This document shows, piece after piece, positions 54,380-64,000 of a DNA stretch of 64,000 bases. A model generated the notes under the pieces. The model was not told the origin of the DNA, ran no database searches, and worked only from the letters and a program-made list of their open reading frames with translations. Source of the stretch: Eledone cirrhosa. Lineage: Eukaryota. A program made the position numbers and the translations under genes. The stretch spans positions 7,998,001 to 8,062,000 of the forward strand of contig OZ024765.1 of assembly GCA_964016885.1 (NCBI GenBank), read 5' to 3'. Position 1 is the first letter of the stretch. Each line of letters begins with the position of its first letter.

Positions 54380-55204
54380 AGCAAGAAATATAATTGTTTC
54401 TACGTTTGGCACAAGGCCAGCAAATTACCCCAGTGCATTACTGGTACTTTATTTTATCGACCCCTGGTAAGGATGAAAGGTAAAATTAACCTTGGCAGGA
54501 TTTGAACCCAGAACTTACTAATTTAATAACAATTTTCCCCATTAAACCCATCAAGACATCAACTTATATATATATATATTAAACACATCAAGACATCAAC
54601 TTATATATATATATTAAACCCATCAAGACATCAACTTTGACAGTGAAACATTTCTGGTGGCCATTTTGGAAATATTGTAATTTTTTTTTCTATTTTTTAT
54701 TTTATATTATTCGTTTATTTATTTTATTTTATTTTATTTTATTTTATTTGTTTTATTTAATTCATTAATTTATTTTATTAATTTATTCATTTTTATTTAA
54801 TTTATCATATTTTAATAATTTTTAATTATATATTTTCAATTATTTATTAATTTTATTTAAAATATTTTCCACCCTTTCCAGACAATAATATCTGAGAGAA
54901 GAATGGCTACAAGTTTGCTCCACGTGCCTTTGAAGATATTCCACTGTGGTGATATCCAACTGTGGTGATATCTTTATATGATAGCTTCATATCTCTTTCT
55001 GAATTTATTGATTACAGATCAATATTGATAGCAACACAGCACAACTTAGTTACTACTCCTCTTAACTTCTTCCTCCTCCTCTTCCTCTCCTCTTGTTTTC
55101 TTCCTCCCCTTCCTCCTTCTATTCTTTCTTCTACTTCTTACTACTACCAAGACAGAGAACTGCTGCTGCCTCTGCTGCTACCTCTACTGCTACTACCTCT
55201 ACTG

Positions 55205-55246
<42 letters not shown>

Positions 55247-56189
55247 TTACTACCACCACTACAACTACTAATCCTACTACCACCACCACTATTGCCACCA
55301 CTACTACTAATCCTAATACTACCGCCACTACCACCACCACCACCACTACCAGTACTACCAGTACTACCACCACTACCACCACTACCGCCACCACCACCAC
55401 CACCACTACCACTACCAGTGCTACCACCACCACCATCACCACTACCACCGCCACCACCAGCACCACTACCAGTACTACCACCACCACCACCAGTACTACC
55501 ACCACCACTACCACCACCACTAGCAGTACTACCACCACCACCACTACCACTACCACTACCAGTACTACCACCACTACCACACCACCACTAGCACTACTAC
55601 CACCACCACTATCACCACCACCACCACTACCACCACCACCACCACCACTACCACACCACCACTAGCACTACTACCACCACCACTATCACCACCACCACCA
55701 CTACCACCACCACCACCACCACTACCACACCACCACCACCAGTACTACCACCACCACCACCACCACCACCACTACCACACCACCACTAGCACTACTACCA
55801 CCACCACTATCACCACCACCACCACTACCACCACTAGCAGTACCACCACCACCACCACCACTTCCAGTACTACTACCACCACCACCACCACCACCATTAC
55901 CACCACCACTACCACCACCACCACCACTACTACTACCATAAATCACAGACATGGGAGTGAAGTTGTTGAAAATTAACAATAAAGAAATCTGTAAAATTGT
56001 TAAGATGTCAGAATTATGGCTGGGAAGAGAAAAGAGGAGAGTCTGGCTTTGTGGAGATTCTTGGAGAATTGAAGATGGTTTAATGGACTCAAAATATTGG
56101 TTTCTTATATAAGTCAGCAATTCTAGGCAAAGGGGAAATTGATTAAATCAACCCCAGTGCGTGACTGGTACTTTATTTTATCAACCCCA

Positions 56190-58690
56190 ATAATAATTCT
56201 TTCTACTTTTGGCACAAGGCCTGCAATTATCCCAGTGTATTACTGGTACTTTATTTTATCAACCCCCATAATAATTGTTTCTACTTTTAGCACAAGACCA
56301 GCAATTATCCCAGTGTATTACTGGTACTTTATTTTATCAACCCCCATAATAATTGTTTCTACTTTTGGCACAAGGCCAGCAATTATCCCAGTGTATTACT
56401 GGTACTTTATTTTATCAACCCCAATAATAATTGTTTCTACTTTTAGCACAAGACCAGCAATTATCCCAGTGTATTACTGGTACTTTATTTTATCAACCCC
56501 CATAATAATTGTTTCTACTTTTGGCACAAGACCAGCAATTATCCCAGTGTATTACTGGTACTTTATTTTATCAACCCCCATAATAATTGTTTCTACTTTT
56601 GGCACAAGGCCAGCAATTATCCCAGTGTATTACTGGTACTTTATTTTATCAACCCCCATAATAATTGTTTCTACTTTTAGCACAAGACCAGCAATTATCC
56701 CAGTGTATTACTGGTACTTTATTTTATCAACCCCAATAATAATTGTTTCTACTTTTGGCACAAGGCCAGCAATTATCCCAGTGTATTACTGGTACTTTAT
56801 TTTATCAACCCCCATAATAATTGTTTCTACTTTTAGCACAAGACCAGCAATTATCCCAGTGTATTACTGGTACTTTATTTTATCAACCCCCATAATAATT
56901 GTTTCTACTTTTGGCACAAGACCAGCAATTATCCCAGTGTATTACTGGTACTTTATTTTATCAACCCCCATAATAATTGTTTCTACTTTTGGCACAAGAC
57001 CAGCAATTATCCCAGTGTATTACTGGTACTTTATGTTATCAACCCCCATAATAATTGTTTCTACTTTTGGCACAAGGCCAGCAATTATCCCAGTGTATTA
57101 CTGGTACTTTATTTTATCAACCCCCATAATAATTGTTTCTACTTTTAGCACAAGACCAGCAATTATCCCAGTGTATTACTGGTACTTTATTTTATCAACC
57201 CCAATAATAATTGTTTCTACTTTTGGCACAAGGCCAGCAATTATCCCAGTGTATTACTGGTACTTTATTTTATCAACCCCCATAATAATTGTTTCTACTT
57301 TTAGCACAAGACCAGCAATTATCCCAGTGTATTACTGGTACTTTATTTTATCAACCCCCATAATAATTGTTTCTACTTTTGGCACAAGACCAGCAATTAT
57401 CCCAGTGTATTACTGGTACTTTATTTTATCAACCCCCATAATAATTGTTTCTACTTTTGGCACAAGACCAGCAATTATCCCAGTGTATTACTGGTACTTT
57501 ATTTTATCAACCCCCATAATAATTGTTTCTACTTTTGGCACAAGGCCAGCAATTATCCCAGTGTATTACTGGTACTTTATTTTATCAACCCCCATAATAA
57601 TTGTTTCTACTTTTAGCACAAGACCAGCAATTATCCCAGTGTATTACTGGTACTTTATTTTATCAACCCCAATAATAATTGTTTCTACTTTTGGCACAAG
57701 GCCAGCAATTATCCCAGTGTATTACTGGTACTTTATTTTATCAACCCCCATAATAATTGTTTCTACTTTTAGCACAAGACCAGCAATTATCCCAGTGTAT
57801 TACTGGTACTTTATTTTATCAACCCCCATAATAATTGTTTCTACTTTTGGCACAAGACCAGCAATTATCCCAGTGTATTACTGGTACTTTATTTTATCAA
57901 CCCCCATAATAATTGTTTCTACTTTTAGCACAAGACCAGCAATTATCCCAGTGTATTACTGGTACTTTATTTTATCAACCCCAATAATAATTGTTTCTAC
58001 TTTTGGCACAAGGCCAGCAATTATCCCAGTGTATTACTGGTACTTTATTTTATCAACCCCCATAATAATTGTTTCTACTTTTAGCACAAGACCAGCAATT
58101 ATCCCAGTGTATTACTGGTACTTTATTTTATCAACCCCCATAATAATTGTTTCTACTTTTGGCACAAGACCAGCAATTATCCCAGTGTATTACTGGTACT
58201 TTATTTTATCAACCCCCATAATAATTGTTTCTACTTTTGGCACAAGGCCAGCAATTATCCCAGTGTATTACTGGTACTTTATTTTATCAACCCCCATAAT
58301 AATTGTTTCTACTTTTAGCACAAGACCAGCAATTATCCCAGTGTATTACTGGTACTTTATTTTATCAACCCCCATAATAATTGTTTCTACTTTTGGCACA
58401 AGACCAGCAATTATCCCAGTGTATTACTGGTACTTTATTTTATCAACCCCCATAATAATTGTTTCTACTTTTGGCACAAGACCAGCAATTATCCCAGTGT
58501 ATTACTGGTACTTTATTTTATCAACCCCAATAATAATTGTTTCTACTTTTGGCACAAGGCCAGCAATTATCCCAGTGTATTACTGGTACTTTATTTTATC
58601 AACCCCTGTAATAATTGTTTCTACTTTTGGCACAAGGCCAGCAATTATCCCAGTGTATTACTGGTACTTTATTTTATCAACTCCAGTAAT
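56190..58690. repeat. 78-bp satellite (about 32 copies) made of the SINE family B 3' end
   Basis: Unit ataataattgtttctacttttRgcacaagRccagcaattatcccagtgtattactggtactttattttatcaaccccM; continuous with the SINE B copy at 58690-58917. Confidence 0.95.
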
Positions 58691-58917
58691 AACAATAATA
58701 GTTTTTTTATATAGGCACAAGGCCAGTAATTGGGGAAAAATAGGAAAGTCGATTAAATCGATCCCAGTACATTACTGGTACTTTATTTTATCGAACCTGT
58801 AAGGATGAAAGGCAAAGTTAACCTCGGCGGGATTTGAACTCAGACCATAAAGGGCCGTAACTCTGTGCTGCAAAGCATGGCGTCTGACACACTACCAATA
58901 CTGCCAAATCCACTGCC
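58690..58917 (-). mobile_element. SINE family B, full copy heading the 78-bp array
   Basis: Family B consensus. Confidence 0.85.
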
Positions 58918-59107
58918 AATAATAATGATAATTGTTTCTATGCCAACCACATTTACAGCGTGTGCTGGGTGCCATGACATCTACACAACACAGTGGTGCC
59001 TGGGCACTTTTGTCTTGGGACTAGAGAGGGTGGAGGAGCCTGGGGGGGGGGGGAGGTATGGTTACCGCTAAGGGAGGTGAATGAGAGGGGACATATATAT
59101 ATCTTTT

Positions 59108-59270
59108 CATTCAGATGAGTGATTTCAGACGTCTGTGTTGAGCTCGTCTATCTTCGTGAAACCTTTGGTAAATGGAATAATTGTCTTATGTTGTTTATTA
59201 CATAATTAAATAGCTCTGTAGCCTACATAGAGCACTCTCCTTTCCTTTACCCTTCCTACAGAAATACTTC

Positions 59271-59305
<35 letters not shown>

Positions 59306-59461
59306 AATGAAGTATTTCTGTCGGAAAGGTACAGGAAAAAAGAGTGCTCTATGTAGGCTACAGAGCTTATTAGTTATGTAATAAACAACGTAAGATAATT
59401 ATTTCATTTACCAAAGGTTTCTTGAAGACAGATGTTGTATCTGTCTTCAGTCGTCAGAATG
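59108..59461. mobile_element. Two diverged PLE-like ends tail-to-tail around (TA)n(TG)n, each with a hammerhead
   Basis: Minus strand 59405-59461 CATT CTGACGA CTGAAGACAGAT ACAAC ATCTGTCTTCAA GAAA CC TTT GG TA AATG; + strand 59108-59174 has CAGATGA and a different stem II. Confidence 0.75.
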
Positions 59462-59562
59462 AATAAAAAAACATGGTGTTTTTATTAAATATGGATTTGA
59501 AAATAAAATTTAGGAAATATGAAAGTGAGGCTGAAAAAAACCGGTGAAAAGGAAATAGAGGA

Positions 59563-59593
<31 letters not shown>

Positions 59594-59639
59594 TAAGAAT
59601 AAAAATATAAATATCCAGAACGTAAACATACACACATAA

Positions 59640-59824
59640 AGAACTCAGAGCTGTACGGGAGCCTCCCAAAAGTCAGCTCAAAAGTGTCACAGAGGAGACT
59701 GAGGTTAGCTGGACATGCTCACCGACATCCAGAGTTGACACTGCACTCAGTGCTCCTGTGGGAGCCCCTACATGGACACACTGGAAGAGGAAGACCAAGG
59801 TTAGCTGGACATGCTCACCGACAT
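59640..59824 (+). mobile_element. RTE-like LINE C-terminal fragment (different family)
   Basis: ELYGSLPK..(frameshift)..QRRLRLAGHAHRHPELTLHSVLLWEPLHGHTGRGRP. Confidence 0.75.
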
Positions 59825-60314
59825 ATATATATAAAAAGACATTCTAAAAATAAAACCATATATATCTATTTATTCATCTTTAACTTTTACTTATTTCCAA
59901 TGAGAAGAAGAAGAAGAAAATAAAATCGATATTTATGAAATAATATGAGAAGTGTCTGTAAAATATATTGATGTATTGGGATATATCAATATATCAAACA
60001 AACTTGTGTTGTTATTCCCATCTTTGTTCGATGATTTCTAAATAATTGTATTAAAACGACAATTTTTGCTAAGTGTGTGGGTGGGTGTGTATATATGTAT
60101 GTATATATGTATATATAAATACATATATATATATACATGTATATATAAATACATATATATATATATATACATGTATATATAAATACATATATATATATAT
60201 ATATAAATATATATATATATATTTATATATAAATACATATATATATATATAAATACATATATATATATATAAATATATATAATGTAATATATATATATAA
60301 ATATATATATATAA

Positions 60315-60385
<71 letters not shown>

Positions 60386-60390
60386 CATAC

Positions 60391-60429
<39 letters not shown>

Positions 60430-60559
60430 CATATAGATACATAAATATGCATGTATGTTCTTCTGACTTTATAATTTCATGTATATATATATATATAGCG
60501 TGGAAGATAGACGTTAAACGATGATGATGATGATGATGATGATGATATATATATATATA

Positions 60560-60745
60560 TGCAGAGCACTAGAAGTTGATGGAAACCGCGGAGTGGGGAG
60601 ACCCAAGATGACTTGGGATGAGGTGATAAAAGCCGACCTTACCCAACTACACCTCTCAAAGTCAATGACACACGACCGTGACTTCTGGCGTCACGCAGTA
60701 ATACAGGGTACCCGACCTCCCATGGGTACATGCTGAAGCATATAA
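60560..60745 (+). mobile_element. RTE LINE 3' end (further family)
   Basis: [47 protein letters not shown]. Confidence 0.8.
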
Positions 60746-60767
60746 ACAATATGCCCCCCCCCCCCCC

Positions 60768-61037
60768 ACCGCAAGGTGGTCGTGGAGGTGCCACGGCAAA
60801 AAAGCACCCAGCCCACACTGTAAAGTGGACGTGTAGGCGCCACGAAAAAGCACCCAGCACTCACTGTAAATGAGGTTGGTGTTAGGAAGGGCATCCAGCT
60901 GTAGAAATCAAGCCAGATCAGTTCCTGTATGAGCAAGGCATGGTCAGCCGACCAGACACTGCCCACAACAGGACAACCCGTCTAACCCATGCTAGCGTGG
61001 AAGAACGGACGTAAAACGGTGATGATGATGATGATGA
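60768..61037 (+). mobile_element. SINE family A-related 3' half with a variant RTE-type tail
   Basis: gtggtcgtggaggtgccacgg...gttaggaagggcatccagctgtagaaa...aacccatgctagcgtggaagaacggacgtaaaacg(tga)n. Confidence 0.75.
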
Positions 61038-61083
61038 TACATGTTTACACATATATTTGTCTATTTAACTATTTATCTATCTA

Positions 61084-61171
<88 letters not shown>

Positions 61172-61178
61172 CAAATAC

Positions 61179-61239
<61 letters not shown>

Positions 61240-61266
61240 TATATACAAATACATATATATATATAT

Positions 61267-62100
<834 letters not shown>

Positions 62101-62259
62101 AAATCGAACTGATATGACTTGTTTGGAAGTCAGAATTAAGTTATATATATATATATATATACATATATATATAAATGAAAAATAGAGCGAGAAACAGCAC
62201 TGTCCATCATCAGTGATCTTCTGACTATCATTGATATTTCTTCGCATTAAAGACCAGAT

Positions 62260-62604
62260 GGAGGCATATGGCTTAGTGGTTAGAGTATTGGCCTTGCAAT
62301 CGAAAGGTTGTGAGTTCAATTCTCAGACCGGGTGATGTGTTGTTTCCTTGAGCAAGACACTTTATTTCACATTGCTCCAGTTTACTCAGCTGTAGAAATG
62401 AGATGATAGGGACTGGGGTCCCTATCATTCCACTGCAAAGTGGTTGTGGAGGTGCCACGGCAAAAAAGCACCCAGCACTCACTGTAAATGAGGTTGGTGT
62501 TAGGAAGAGCATCCAGCTGTAGAAATCAAGCCAGCATCAGTTCCCGTCCCACCCTTGCAAGCAGGGAAAAGTGGACGTAAAATGAAATGATGATGATGAA
62601 ATGA
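62260..62604 (+). mobile_element. Full-length SINE family A
   Basis: A-box, B-box, body and RTE tail. Confidence 0.9.
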
Positions 62605-63312
62605 TACCTCAAAATCAGTGCGAGCAATAACTAAAATAAGTTATTGGAACAAAGTGAATTGGGTGGAGAAAAAGGAACAGTAAACAAAGCAAAGTAGTAA
62701 TGCAACGTAAAGAGAGGAAATGAGAGACAAGCCAATGATACATGTGAACTTAAGTTCAACCAAATCAACGACGAGAAGACGGCAGACGCGTCAAAATTCT
62801 GCGAAATGTGAACAAGAAAAGGATTTCACACAGGTCAGACGGGAGAAAGTGAGAGAGGGGGAGCAGCAGAGAGTGAGTGAGTGAAAGTGTGAGGAAGAGG
62901 CCAGCCGAGAGAGTGTGACCAGCAGAGGGAGTGAATGAAAGCAAGAGGTACAAGGAGAGAGAAGGGGGAGAGAGAAAGGGGATAGCAGTAAGGTGATAGA
63001 AAAAGACAAACCACAGCGAGGGGAAAAATTATATATGAATGAAAAAATGGCGTGCTGCATTGTTGCGAGTGGGATACATATGAATGAAAAATAGAGCGAG
63101 AAACGGGACTGTCCATCATCAGTGATCTTCTGACTATACATATATATATATATATGTAGGAAAAGAGTCAGGACCCTGATGGCTGAGCTCCGGCCATTTC
63201 CACAGCTAAATCCGAACAGTTTAGATCTAGTTGTCGAAACAGCCAGAGCTCAGCCGTCGGGGTCCTGACTCTTTTCCTATTACCCACTCTACTATCCTAA
63301 GTATCGAGTAAT

Positions 63313-63918
63313 CTGGACTTTATTTTATCGACCCCGTAATAATTGTTTCTTCTTTTGGCACAAGGCCAGCAATTATCCCAGTGCATTACTGGTACTTTAT
63401 TTTATCGACCCCGTAATAATTGTTTCTACTTTTGGCAGAAGGCCAGCAATTATCCCAGTGCATTACTGGTACTTTATTTAATCAACCCCGTAATAATTGT
63501 TTCTACTTTTGGCACAAGGCCAGCAATTATCCCAGTGCATTACTGGTACTTTATTTAATCAACCCCGTAATAATTGTTTCTACTTTTGGCACAAGGCCAG
63601 CAATTATCCCAGTGTATTACTGGTACTTTATTTTATCAACCCCGTAATAATTGTTTCTACTTTTGGCACAAGGCCAGCAATTATCCCAGTGCATTACTGG
63701 TACTTTATTTTATCAACCCCGCAATAACTGTTTCTACTATTGGCACAAGGCCAGCAAATACCCAGTGCATTACTGGTACTTTATTTTATCGACCCCGTAA
63801 GGATGAAAGGCAAAGTTAACCTCGACGGGATTTGAACTCAGAACGTAACGTAAAGGGCCATAACTATGCTGCAAAGCATGGCGTCAGCCTCTCTCCCGAC
63901 ACTGCCAAACCACCGCCA
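63313..63918 (-). mobile_element. SINE family B followed by about 6 tandem 77-bp copies of its 3' end
   Basis: 77-bp period (ORF starts at 63343, 63420, 63497 and 63574); head at about 63918. Confidence 0.9.
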
Positions 63919-64000
63919 TAATGATACTAATAATAATGACAATGGTATTAATTGTGAAAGGAAGTTGCAGGTGCGCAGTGAATAATGAATGAGAGACAAC

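Noticed and set aside
54881-54972. Acceptor followed by short frames (MATSLLHVPLKIFHCGDIQLW*; NNI*EKNGYKFAPRAFEDIPLW*)
   Set aside because: Too short, no homology recognised, no SECIS or donor evidence; could still be a non-coding exon.
56139-58802. 887-aa hydrophobic repeat ORF
   Set aside because: 78-bp SINE-tail satellite; the sister array has a 77-bp unit that breaks frame.
62174-63137. ~55-bp direct repeat (62174-62228, 63083-63137) with CTGATGA TGGAC A GTCC on the minus strand
   Set aside because: No GAAA follows the putative stem II, so it is not counted as a hammerhead; probably a PLE-like repeat.

Overview
AT-rich, gene-poor animal DNA, probably from an octopus or another coleoid cephalopod (inferred from the (TA)n load and the SINE types, not proven). 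Almost all supplied ORFs are translations of microsatellites or tandem repeats. The only convincing host coding sequence is an unidentified minus-strand terminal exon at 38145-38373. The rest consists of tRNA-derived SINEs of at least three families, RTE, R4/Dong and Tx1-like LINE fragments, a non-autonomous Helitron and many minisatellites. The main hidden signal is a dense set of minimal type I hammerhead-ribozyme motifs (CUGAnGA - stem II - GAAA - often palindromic stem III - NUH). They lie on short Penelope-like element (PLE) remnants that abut (TA)n and often fold back on themselves, and one sits directly behind a PLE GIY-YIG C-terminus. Also notable: a tandem array of ten hammerhead-like cores (21164-22127), a pre-miRNA-like hairpin (22227-22298), two large satellites derived from SINE ends (about 139 Pol III A-boxes; about 32 SINE tails), and an RTE LINE sharing its 3' tail with a SINE family. 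All structures were folded by eye and no database searches were run.
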